A stretch of DNA of 64,000 nucleotides from an uncultured bacterium (lineage in GTDB: Bacteria > Armatimonadota > Abditibacteriia > Abditibacteriales > Abditibacteriaceae): positions 62,001 through 126,000 of the forward strand of contig CAWJLW010000006.1 of the NCBI GenBank assembly GCA_963843795.1. The letters are read 5' to 3'. Of the stretch, positions 1 through 12,543 are shown piece by piece (the stretch's first letter is position 1; every line of letters begins with the position of its first letter). The notes beneath the pieces were generated by a model that did no database searches, had not been told where the DNA came from, and worked only from the letters and a program-made list of their open reading frames with translations. Made by a program: the position numbers and the translations under genes.

Positions 1-6
1 TATCCG

Positions 7-405
7 ATGGCGAAGGAATTGGGCGTGGAGATTCAACTGCCCACAGTTTCGCCCCAGCCCTACACCGCACTGGCATTCGAGGGCTATCAGCACGCCAGAG
101 CCTGTGGACCGGAAATGGCCACGGCTTATAACGACCGCTTGTTGCCCGCGTTTTTTCAGGAAAATCAGGACATCGGCAACCTTGAAGTGCTAACGCAACT
201 GGCGCAAGAGGTTGGTCTAGAGGCGAGCGAATTTCGCTGGTCGCTGGAAGAGCATCGTTATCGCGCGGCTCACCAAGCGGCGTTGCGGCACGCCAACGAC
301 CTGGGCATTCACTCAGTCCCAACCTTTGTCATTGGCAACCAGATGTTGTCTGGTGTGCATCGCGCTCACACCTTGCGCCAAGCCATTCAAGCCGCTCAAC
401 AATAA
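7..405 (+). CDS. DsbA/FrnE-family oxidoreductase, C-terminal part (5' end probably outside window)
   Basis: FFQENQDIG..L..LA.EVGL and GIHSVPTFVIG..LSG motifs typical of the FrnE-like DsbA C-terminus. Confidence 0.75.
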   Translation: MAKELGVEIQLPTVSPQPYTALAFEGYQHARACGPEMATAYNDRLLPAFFQENQDIGNLEVLTQLAQEVGLEASEFRWSLEEHRYRAAHQAALRHANDLGIHSVPTFVIGNQMLSGVHRAHTLRQAIQAAQQ

Positions 406-590
406 ATCGAGCCGCTTAGACGCGCTCTCTCTCTCGCTTCTATACCTGGGACACCGCCAACTCTGCGGAAAACTCCACACGCAATTGGATGGAATAGGGG
501 TGTAAGGTCAATTCGACTCCTTGGTGAACCTCTTCAGGCCCTGAGTCTAATCTTAAATTGTTCCGATTTATGGGGAGCAGACCAGAACCC

Positions 591-2328
591 TTAAGGCGCT
601 AAGTACTTGATTTGAATAGTAACACCATAGACCTTCACTTGGTCTTTCATAGACTCATTAGTGTTTAATCCATTGATATACAAGTCAACGTAGTTGCCCG
701 CCAACGGATTAATAGTGCTTAACACCGCCGGGCTTTCGCTGCTCATCACCCCATTACCTGGTTCCGTTGGTGTGACAGCACCAACACGAGCTAAGTCGTT
801 CTTGCCGTCGCCAGTATAGCTTTCAAGATAAGGAGAAGGTTCTCCCAAGGTCACACTGGCGCCGTCATCATAACTGGAAACAAGCCCAATAACCCTATCT
901 CTTTGATCACGCTCATGGGCACACCGATGTTATATTTGTACCAGCGGTTCTGCTGTTCTCCGCCTGCCCATTACCAACTATGACCCCGTTAGCTGTGTAG
1001 GTATAATAGCTGTAAACGGCCAGCTCTAGACTGGCTATGTTGTTGCTGGTAGTACTTTCACCCGTCAGCACGACCGCTTCTGCGAAAAGCTTGTGCGTGC
1101 CGAATCCTGCGGTGTCCAAGTGATCTGCACTGTCTTCGAGACACCTGGCGCGAGCGCGTCGATCGTGGCTGTGCCGATGACGGAATCGCTATCGCGGAAG
1201 GTAACTGCATGATTAGTGGCCGTGGTGCTGCCAGAGTTGTTTGTCACAGTCGCATTTAGTACAACACTGTCTCCAACACCTGGAGTGGTAGGATTTGCAC
1301 TCAAGCTCTCAATAAGTAAGTCTGGAGCGACGGTAGTAGCAAACACCTGATCGGAGGGAGCACTCTCACCGGCGTTGTTCACCGCAGTAACTGTGTAGTG
1401 ATAGGTGGTGCTATCAGAGAGATCACGGTCTGTATAGGTGGTATCAACTACGTTCGTGGCAATGGGAGTCGGGTCTTGTGCACCTGCAGCAGTGCCACGA
1501 TAAATTTTGTAGCTGTTAGCACCTGAACTGGCCGTCCAATTGAGTTCGATGTTTCCCCGGCCTCCTAGAGCCGACGGGTTGGTGGGCGCGGCGGGTATTG
1601 CAGAATTCACTTTCTTGGACGAGACAGCAAAGTTATCCAGATAAGCCACGCCTTTTTCACTGTCTACGGTCGCCGGTTGCCCACGTAAGTTGCGATGTTA
1701 ATATTGGATAAGGCCCTAGCTGTGCCGTCACGAAAGCCTCGGTGCGCAGAAGCTTATTATCGGTTGAGACAGAGTAGTGCTGGTTAACAAAATCTATCTC
1801 CAGCGTGAAGTGATGATAAACACCACGGGACACGACCTTTCCTGTCGAGCGCAACTGACCAGTCCCGCTTTCAACGTAGAGGACCTCACCTGTGGCGGCA
1901 TCTACTGAAAAGGCGCCAATAAATTGGTTGCCATTGCGGGCCTCGATGCCAAAGGCTGGGCCGAAGGAGAATCCTGAAAGATTCACTCGCATATCAACAT
2001 CAACGTGGACCGCATTTAAGGCCTCTGTGGAAGTGAATGGTGTGGCGATCGACCAACGCGTGTTACCACTGGCGTTTGCCGCTCGTATCACTTGCAAAGA
2101 TTGCAGTCCGCCATTAGGGCTGTTGGTGGAAATCGTAGCGATGCTTTGACCAGCATCTTTTTGCCAACCATCCTGTCCTTCCAAGGCCACGACCGGAACG
2201 AATTGAGGGGCTTCAAAGCTTCCGCTGTTGTACAAATGATCGGCACGAACGACCGTGGCCGAACTCACGAGAAAAAGGCCAGTGAGCAGGATAGCGTCAC
2301 AAACTGATCTGAAATGTAAAGATTGCAT
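591..2328 (-). pseudogene. Fragmented secreted protein (signal peptide, beta-sandwich, FN3, CARDB); at least 3 frameshifts
   Basis: ORFs 1657-2328, 1065-1649, 913-1119 and 591-854 abut or overlap in shifting frames. FN3 (PAAPT..L.W....GA.SY.IYR...Y.VTAVN..GES) and CARDB (PDL.I.SL...P..GD.V...ATV.N) are recognisable. Confidence 0.65.
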
Positions 2329-2409
2329 AATTATTCTCTAGTCAAGAAATGGCTTTATCCTTGGAATGGAGCCATGGGGAGCTTCAACACCCATGGCTTA
2401 TGGATGCAT

Positions 2410-3880
2410 TTACGCCCTAGGGGGCTGTGACGTGTGTTTCGGGTCGGTCACCTTAACATCGGCCGCTAATGGAAGATCAAGTTCCTTAACACTTTGCGCG
2501 ACCAAGCGTGCCAATTGCTGGGCACCGAAGGCTTTGAAGTGGATGTAATCCGGATCATTGAAACACTCTTTCGCTTTTTCCGGTCCAATGGCGGTGAAGT
2601 AATCGATACTCATTTGGTTCAGATCACTCACGGAACACCAATTTCTTTTCCTAGCTCACGCATCGAATTCGGATAAGCTCCAACGCTGTTGTAAAATCGG
2701 CCCCATGGATCGCATGTGCGTTTGGTCTGTGAGGTCACGAAGACGGGAATAGCACCTTTGTCGCGGGCCGCTTTCACGTAAAGCCTAAGGTAGGCTTTGA
2801 ACGTAGTGGGGGGTCTAGTTTTGCGATTACTGGTGTTGCTTGCGGAATCATTGATGGCGAACATCACAAACAAGTAGTCGCCCGGACGAATGGCACGTTC
2901 GATGGCGTCTAAAGAAAGCTGCTCATAGAAGCTTTTGGAACTTGCTCCAGGCACGGCATAATTAGCAACTCTGACCCTATCGGTAAAATAATTTTTCAAT
3001 GGGTCGCCCCATCCTACTAAGACCGAATCCGGTCCATACGTTGAAACTGTAGAATCACCTGCCACGTAGATCGTGGTAGTTTTTCGGGCCTCCGCCTCAT
3101 AAACGCGGCGAATCGTGATAGCGCTCACCTGGCAGATTGAACCAATAAATTCCAAGCGTAGCCTTCCATCGGTGACATTGATGCGAAAACTGTCAGAACG
3201 GCTCTTGCCCGCCGGTGCATCAAGCCGCCACAATTCCAAGGCCCCCTCTGCCCGCACGGAAAGGCTGGTTTTGGTTATCGTGTCGCCAGCTGTAATTGTC
3301 ACCTCATACAAACCATTCTGCAGATCCGCATAGAAGGGAGTGCCATTTGGTAAGCAAAAATCTCGAATTAGGGGATCTGTGCCACCACGGTCGCGGGAGG
3401 AAACCTGGGATACATCGCCCCACCCAAAACTGCAGTTAAGGCCGTAAGCTGTTGACTCAAGTATCTGCTGATAACCCTCCGCCACAGGGCCAGGCCCTAA
3501 GTCGAATTTTAAATTGTCTGTGTCGCTGTAATTGTGGTAAGGCCCGGCAGGTTCTTGAGGCGCGGTGTAATACACTCGGGGACTACCCAGGCTATAAGTG
3601 TCAGCTTCCTCTGTCGTTACAACCGGTGCTTCCGATGTGATCGGCTCCGTAATCGTTTGGGTTCCTGTTGCTCTTGTATCACCAGCATAGATGACCGTTG
3701 GGTATTCAGGAACATCCGGGACGAAGTTCGACGGGTCGATAGTCCATGAAAGATCAGCGTGTTGTGGATCCGTGCATCCACAGTGGCAATTTCAACTACG
3801 GCCGGCCCGCCCAGAGTGATACTCAAAACCCCCAAAACACTTGCGGGAACGGCCATCTTGACGACTGTCGAAGTTTCATT
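2410..3880 (-). pseudogene. Rhamnogalacturonan acetylesterase-like SGNH/GDSL esterase with N-terminal beta-sandwich; frameshifted
   Basis: IYVAGDSTV, GWG, N.A.PGASS, GDYLFVMFAIND in 2628-3575. The catalytic DYIHF...GA is in the next frame (2410-2631); the N-terminus is split over 3575-3880. Confidence 0.75.
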
Positions 3881-4014
3881 TTGGAATTTTCCTTTCGAAT
3901 GTGTTTTGCTTGGTTGTTTCCGAATTGAAAGTTTTTGTCAATCGGAAGCTATAACTGCTCGGAGATAACAGAAACCCCTGTCGAACACTGATTTATAACT
4001 GTTAGAAGGTTTTA

Positions 4015-4028
4015 GTAAACCGGTTTAC
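4015..4028. promoter_or_regulatory. LacI-family-like operator palindrome GTAAACCGGTTTAC
   Basis: Perfect 14-bp palindrome resembling LacI/GalR sites, in AT-rich DNA upstream of the carbohydrate esterase. Confidence 0.5.
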
Positions 4029-4180
4029 GGATGCTCTATAAGATAGATAAGCACAAAAATTGAATTCTGAGAATAGATAAAATTTAATATAACTTATTAT
4101 TGGGAGTAATAGGTAGCAGACGCCTAGGGATTCGAGCGGTTAGCGCGATGGCTTCCTCTAACTGAGTGGCACGCGCTCTA

Positions 4181-4808
4181 GAGCGTGTTCTGCACTCAGA
4201 ATAGAGTGGCGACATTTTTAAGCATGAGGTAAGCCAAAGCCAAGAAGTGTAAGCCAGCTATGGTTTGTGGCAAGCGTTCACCGCCTGAGTCAAAGCCGCT
4301 GCCTGAGAACGATCCCCTTCATTGACCGGTGTGACATGCAAAGCCAACAAGTGTCCTAACGTATCTACGGCCAGATGAACTTTGCTGCCTTTTCTGCGCT
4401 TGGCTCCATCATAGCCAGCATGACCGGCGCTCTCGGGTGTTCGCTGCAAAATGCGCGAATCCAAGATTGCTGCTGTGGGCTTGGCGTTGCGGCCAGCATA
4501 CATGCGCAGCAACTCGCGCAGGTCAGGCACCATTGCCTCGAACACTCCGGATTTAAGCCAACGCCGGGTTTGCTGATACACCGCACTCCACGGTGGCGAA
4601 TCCTGTGGCATGTAGCGCCAAGGTGCGCTGCTCCTGACCAAATAGGGCAAAGCGTTGAGGACTTCGCGCAAATCATACTCGCGCTGAGGAGAATCGGGAT
4701 CAATCAAACTTAAGTAAGGTGCTACAAACGCCCATTCTTCCTCGCTCACATCACCGGGATGACCTTTACAGGCCATACCTCTGGTTTAACAAAGTGCAGA
4801 ACACGCTC
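4181..4808 (-). mobile_element. IS5-family element, internally deleted (transposase fragment 4258-4776)
   Basis: Terminal IRs GAGCGTGTTCTGCACT / AGTGCAGAACACGCTC in a CTAG context. IS5 motifs (EEW, WRY.P.D.PPW..VY, AILDS, GYDGAKRRKG.K.H.AVDTLG); only ~630 bp long. Confidence 0.85.
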
Positions 4809-6146
4809 TAGCCATATTGAAATTCGAGTTACGCAACTCTTTGTTATCATACTATGCGTGCAAAGTGAGCCGCACTGCGCACAGCTTCGATGTCATACGC
4901 TATTTCCATGGTATTTTCTGAGCGAAGCAGCGCCAATCTGGCGTGTCTCAACGCACTGCGTGCATTTCGGCATTCTCCAAAAGGGCGAGCGTCTCCAACG
5001 CTTTTTGTAACCGCATTGCGACTTCGACAGTGCCGGCTCCGTCCCGCGCTGTGCCCATGAAGGCGTCATCAAACATATCCTGCATCAGCAAACCCGGCAC
5101 CGCAACGCGATCAAAACGAACTTCGGTGCGACTCTGTCTTACTTTGGGAGGCCCAAAGTGCGAATAGCCGCACGAGAGTGCCAATGACATCAATTGCGGT
5201 TCCAGGATCATTCACAGCGGGCGAAAGCGCACGGCTGGAGATTTCGGACAGTGCAATCAGGCCAAAGCGTGGATCTTGATCGAAAGCCCGCGCATCACCA
5301 ATTTCAAAAGCACTGATAATAGATTTCTTGTCGGAGTCAGAGATTTCAGATGACGTATCCGCGCTGACATAAGCGATTGGTCGATTTGGTGTGCAAAAAG
5401 TGCCAGGCAGCGCAGAGACGCTAATGCGCAACTGGGATTTTTCAGCAGTCGATTGTAATGCCGCAACATTAATATGTTGCACATAACCGATCGAATCTGC
5501 AAAGATTCCTCGACTCTGGCTGTCAGGTGATTGCCATGCTGTGCCTCCCAAAAGGGGAGCCGACAGCCTTCGTTCAAATGCGGCTTTGGTGGCTTCTTCC
5601 ACTTTGTCAATCGTGGTTCCCAAACGCCCGAGTCGAGCAATGCTATCCACCCAGCGCACAAAGGACACGACCACTAAAACAAACATTAAGACCGTTAGTG
5701 CAAATAAGAAAAAACGTCCTGCCTTTTCATACAAGCCATTGGTCAAAGCCACCAGCGCAACGACGCTAAAAATGAAGCCGCCAATAAAAGTCGACAGCGC
5801 ATTCTGCGAAACATCATCGGCAATGACCAAAGAAAATGAGCGGGGAGTGGCTGAACTACTAGCTGATGCATAAGCCGACACCATGGAAGCCACAGCGAAT
5901 GTGGCAATGCCCAGCATGCTGGCAGCCACGATCTTGAGGAGGGATTCGATGGAATCTTTGGAAACATCCGGGACGAGATCACCTAGGCCATAGCCATCTG
6001 CCATGTGTGCCAAAAAAACGGCACCTATCGAATGTCAACGGCGGGAGTAAAATCCCCATAACGCCGGTTGAATAATCCCCACTTGAGGCGGGCACGGAGT
6101 GCCCGCCCAATGCTGGGCTACCCTTCTATTCAAGGAAGGTGGCCTA

Positions 6147-8358
<2,212 letters not shown>

Positions 8359-8507
8359 GGAATATTAGCCCGCCCTTGACACGAAAACAGACACACAAGA
8401 AGCGGCTTGATCCATAAGCGCTCGCCGATTCGTTCCAAGAGGAACTGCATTCGATCCAGCATAAATTTTTGTCCTTTTCTGTTGTCTGTTTGTAGAGACA
8501 GACTCCA

Positions 8508-8700
8508 CTAGTGTCCTAACTTGGTAGTAACCTTGGGTAGAGTGGTTTGAGTTTGCAGCGGGCATCCTGCACACCACAGTGCCATTCGACTTGAACCTTT
8601 GCCGCCTTGCATTGGTTTTGCCACTCTGCGACTTGCCCTTCCAATTTTTGCTGAGATTCCGTACGCTCCTTGAGAGATTGACGCGCCAGCATGAAGTTGC
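8508..8700 (-). mobile_element. IS630-family 3' remnant fused to the truncated IS3 orfB
   Basis: ARQSL..R......L...V.EW......V.W....DAR.KL..LYP resembles the IS630 C-terminus; ends at GGACACTAG. Confidence 0.6.
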
Positions 8701-8730
8701 TTCGATAACGCGGACAGGTTAGCTTAGGCT

Positions 8731-9854
8731 TCCTGTTATAGACCACTTCGATGTAGTCGAACAACATCGTTCTGGCTTGGGCTCTCGTGGCGGGAATGAG
8801 GTCGCCAAAGCATTCGGTCTTAAGCGTGGCCTCTGCCTGGGGGGCACCCGGATATTCCATCATGGCGTTGTCGTAACAGTTGCCACGTCGGCTCATGCTC
8901 TGCTGGGCGCCCTGCTGAGCCAGGAGCCTCTGACACACTCGACTCGCATACTGACTTCCGCGATCCGAATGGTAGACCAAACCGCTGGTAGGCCGTCGAT
9001 TCTCGAAAGCACGTCGGGCCGCACTCAGCACCACTTCGCTTTCCAGACTCGCTGAAGTCTGCCAGCCCACCAGACGGCGGCTGTAACAGTCGAGCGTGCC
9101 CGCCAGATAAAGCCAGCCTTCACGCGTCGCAATGTAAGTGATGTCGCTGACCCACTGCAGATTGACCGTTTTGGGTGCTGGTTTGTCTCGCAATAAGTTG
9201 GGTGCGACCGGCAAAGCATGCTCGCTGTTGGTAGTGCGCGGCTGACGACGCCTTTTATGCGCAGCCCTCAGTCCCTGTTCCTTCATCAAGCGGCGGACGC
9301 GGTTTTCTCCGCAGCAGATGCCTTGTTTACGCAGCGCATCCACCAGACGTGGACTGCTGTAGATCTGGCGGTTGGCTTGAAAGATCCTCTCTACCTGCGC
9401 GTCTAGCTGCCGATCCTGTTGGCGGCGCACTCACTCATTCTTGCGGAGATGATCATAGTAGCCGCTGCGTGAGACGCCCAGGATCTGGTATAGCTGCTTG
9501 ACGCTCACCGCCTCCTGCCCCGGCTCGCGACTTCTGGCATGGAGACGTTGAATCATCTCATACCTCGAACTTGACTCGTGACCAGACTGTCCTGCCCCAG
9601 ACCGTCCTCGGCGACCTGCGGCTTGTGTTTCTTCGGCTAAAGTCAATTGGCGCTTCCATTTCCGCAGATACATTACTGTGGATGCCCAGGGTGCGGGCCA
9701 GTTGCGAGGCGCTTTGTCCGCTCTCGGTCACCATACGCACCGCATCGCGTTTAAATTCGGCGCTGTATTGCTGGCGTTCGACTGTCATTTTCCTCCTCTC
9801 GTTTCTGAACAGTTTGACTCTTATCTCACTGTCCACTTTTTGAAGGGAAGTTCA
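8731..9854 (-). mobile_element. IS3-family element, degenerate and right-truncated
   Basis: IRL TGAACTTCCC...AAAGTGGACA at 9830-9854; orfA YSAEFKRDAV; orfB WVSDITY, HSDRGSQY, GNCYDNA; frameshifts and stops. Confidence 0.85.
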
Positions 9855-10161
9855 GGGGAAAGTTCAATCATCTACTCACAATTGGCATGCACTTGGGGAC
9901 AAGGTTATGGAACCAGCTGGGACATGGCCTCAGGGCAAACGCACTACAAGAGAGCCAGAGGTGTAGCAAGTATTTGTTGAAGCAGTTTTTGATCCCACGC
10001 AACGGCTTTTCGGATGGCTTTGAGTGAGAGTTTGCCTTGATTTTGGCGCAACAGATTGAGCGTAATGCGCCGCAAAAGTGCCAGATTATAAGGTGCGTGT
10101 TCACAGCGCGTTCGGCATTTGTCTTCGGCAAAAACCATCCGCCCAGATTCTATGGTTTTCG

Positions 10162-11157
10162 TCAAGGGCTGGATTCCTGCTGGGGCTGTTGATAGACCCG
10201 CTCCGGGTCGTAAGAACCACCATGAGTGACCAGTGACCAGCATAAGCGCGCCATCTTTCGAGCCACAGCACACAGTGCCGCCGTGGAAGACAGTCCCTTC
10301 TGCCGTTCCCGTTCGTAATGGGCCTTGAAAGGTGAGTTTTTGGCACGCAGTGAAGACTGTGCACACAGGAATAGCAGACGTCGTAACTCGGCATCACCTT
10401 GTTTGGTGAGTCCGTGATTGCCGCGCTTATAGCCAGACTGCTTCACCGTAATGTCCAGCCCACAGTACGCGACGAATGAGTCACTTCGAGGAAAAGAACG
10501 TCCAGCCAAACGCGAGGAGAGGGTTGCTGCTGTCACAGGGCCGATGCCTGGCACCTTTTGCAACTCGCTCACACAGGATAAAGGAACTACAACCGAAGCC
10601 GGTTCGGCAGATTGAGCTGCAGAGGAAGTCGAAAGCTTCTCGATCTCTCGCTCGAGTTGGCGTTGCTGAGTTTTGAGCGCATCAATGGCGGGTTGTAGTG
10701 CCGCGGTGGCGTGAGGTAAGGCCCGCGACTGAGCCTGGAGCTGTTGCAGTGAAAGCACCAAACCCTTGCGAGCCTTAAGAAGTTGATCGAGCCGTTCCAC
10801 CAGAGGAGATTTTATCGGATATGGCGGCAGTTCGTGGCACAAGGCATACAAGCCTAATCCAGCGCTGTCGAGACGGTCGCACTTGGCGCGGTTCTGGATG
10901 CTTTGCAAGAAGCGTTTGGCACGCCGTGGTTCAGCCAGACGAACATCTCTCTGGGCCGCACGGGCCTGTTTGACAACATCAGTGCTATAGGAGCCAGTCG
11001 GTTCCAGTGCCCAGATACAATCCGGTGCAGTGGCTTTAAGCAAACGAGAGATGCCTTGAGGTGTGTTGGCGTAGGTGCGGCTCCATAAGGGGCGACGTGT
11101 GGTGGGTTCGAGAAGTGTGCAGTGCAATGTGTCTTTACCGACATCAATACCAAGCAT
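10162..11157 (-). CDS. IS110 DEDD recombinase/transposase, apparently intact
   Basis: GIDVGK, ALEPTG, KCDRLDS (DEDD), VPGIGP, YCGL...KQSG; RBS GGAGGA before the ATG at 11157. Confidence 0.93.
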   Translation of the reverse strand: MLGIDVGKDTLHCTLLEPTTRRPLWSRTYANTPQGISRLLKATAPDCIWALEPTGSYSTDVVKQARAAQRDVRLAEPRRAKRFLQSIQNRAKCDRLDSAGLGLYALCHELPPYPIKSPLVERLDQLLKARKGLVLSLQQLQAQSRALPHATAALQPAIDALKTQQRQLEREIEKLSTSSAAQSAEPASVVVPLSCVSELQKVPGIGPVTAATLSSRLAGRSFPRSDSFVAYCGLDITVKQSGYKRGNHGLTKQGDAELRRLLFLCAQSSLRAKNSPFKAHYERERQKGLSSTAALCAVARKMARLCWSLVTHGGSYDPERVYQQPQQESSP

Positions 11158-11194
11158 GATAAATCCTCCCTGTGGCCACTCGTGGCCATTCACC

Positions 11195-11362
11195 TCCTAC
11201 ACCCTTGTGACGCATCGGCTGTTGCCAATAACGCTCTGGCTCAGCAGCATTCTTCATCGGTAGTGAGGCGCTGTGTCAGTGATCTGGGCGAGGCTGTCAC
11301 TCTGAAGAATCAAAAGCAGCAGGGGCACCCCGACTGTCCACAGTCAACCTCACCACCGACAC
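11195..11362 (-). ncRNA. Putative IS110 bridge RNA
   Basis: Folded by eye: outer stem GUCGGUGGUGAGG/CCUCACUACCGAU; internal loop with GGGGUGCCCCU and CGCCCAGA matching the target flanks; second loop with AGAAU and ACAAG matching the donor junction. Confidence 0.75.
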
Positions 11363-12435
11363 TTAAACCATACAAACGGGCACCCGAGAACCCAATGGCA
11401 CTGGTTTTCGATGCTCCAGTGCGCACGAATCGTCTCGGCTAAGTGAGGCGCATCCGCTGCCAGACTGCTCAGGTAAAACCAACGGCTTCGGCTCACCTTT
11501 CCTGCCTTTTGTCCTGCAGTCATCCGACGCACGCGGTCAACGCACACCACACTTTGCAATCCTGGCCAGTCCGACACAACTTTAGCGCTCAATCCCAACT
11601 CTTGCCAAGAGCGACTCGTGACACGGCGTTTTTCACAGCGACCGTGATTTTGCTCAACAACTGCGGCTCTCTTGAGCTCTGCTCCTTCCAGAGAATCTTC
11701 CTTGTCAAAGGCGTCTTTGATTTGGTTGTAGAGTATGCGATGATTGGCTTTGAGGCAGAACAGGTATTCGCCTTTTTGGTCATGAACGGTGCGTGCCACG
11801 TCCTTTTGGCAGTAGGCTGCATCGCCGGTCACTACAGCACCTTCCAAGTCTAAAAGCTCGAACAATGAACTCGCCAGTAGCTTTTCACCGCCTTGAGCCG
11901 GTAATCGCTCACAGCACAGGCTCAAACGCAACTCGCTGGCGAATACGCTCACCGTTGTCAATGCACACACATTGTTCTGATGCTGCCATGTTCCACGCGC
12001 GACTTTGCCATCAATACTCAAGTGGCGCAAAGCTCCAGGACTCTGCTCGTCAGGACATTGCCACTTCTGGAGCCAACCCCACAAACATTCTTCTAAAACT
12101 TCGGGTTCTAAGCGGGCAAACACACGCGTGAAAGTGTCATGGCTGGGAATACCCGAAGCTAAAACAAAGCTCATTTCACGCTGCAAAAACTCCTGACGTC
12201 GCTGTCCAAACAAGGCAAACTCGACAAAATCGTCTGCGCCACAGAGCATTGCGCACAGCGCAATGCCCAAAATGTCGCTGAGCAGGTGCTTGGTCAGTCC
12301 AGTCTGCCGACGCGGGTCAGGAACACGAGAAAAATATTCACTCCATACGTTCATCTCAAACAGTTTGACCTACCCAAAATGTAGTGCGTTTGCCCTGGGA
12401 CATGGCCTTTGCAAAAAGCCGCTTGCGTGTAGAGG

Positions 12436-12529
12436 GAACCGCTCTGGCCTTCGAACCGCTCTGGCCTTCGAACCGCTCTGGCCTTCGAACCGCTCTGGCT
12501 TTCGAACCGCTCTGGCCTTCGAATCGCTC
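12436..12529. repeat. 17-bp tandem repeat GAACCGCTCTGGCCTTC x5.5
   Basis: Five full copies (one with C>T) plus a partial copy, no spacers, directly upstream of the kinase. Confidence 0.95.
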
Positions 12530-12543
12530 GCGTGAAGGCAGGA

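Larger units (their letters stand above)
10145..11374 (-). mobile_element. IS110-family element with upstream non-coding region
   Basis: No terminal IRs; junctions ...GGTGCCCG-TT-TGTATGG (left) and CCATAGAAT-CT-GGGCGG (right); TTGACG just inside the right end. Confidence 0.9.
9931..12397 (-). mobile_element. ISAs1-family element, transposase split by IS110 (11387-12354 and 9944-10138)
   Basis: IRs CAGGGCAAACGCACTACA / TGTAGTGCGTTTGCCCTG; 11-bp direct repeat GGACATGGCCT at 9920-9930 and 12398-12408; motifs PSHDTF.RVF, IDGK, LKAN, HGRCE.R, HWSIEN..HWVL|..F.ED. Confidence 0.92.

Noticed and set aside
6088..6108. GGCGGGCACGGAGTGCCCGCC hairpin as a stamp
   Set aside because: Different structure, and it lies in the IS21 non-coding end, so it is probably native to the element.
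9590..9615. Sixth hairpin stamp in IS3 orfA (GGACGGTCTGGGGCAGG), and a similar segment near 19241
   Set aside because: Too degenerate to assign without an intact reference copy.
12436..12529. CRISPR array
   Set aside because: 17-bp units are directly adjacent with no spacers, and no cas genes are in the window.
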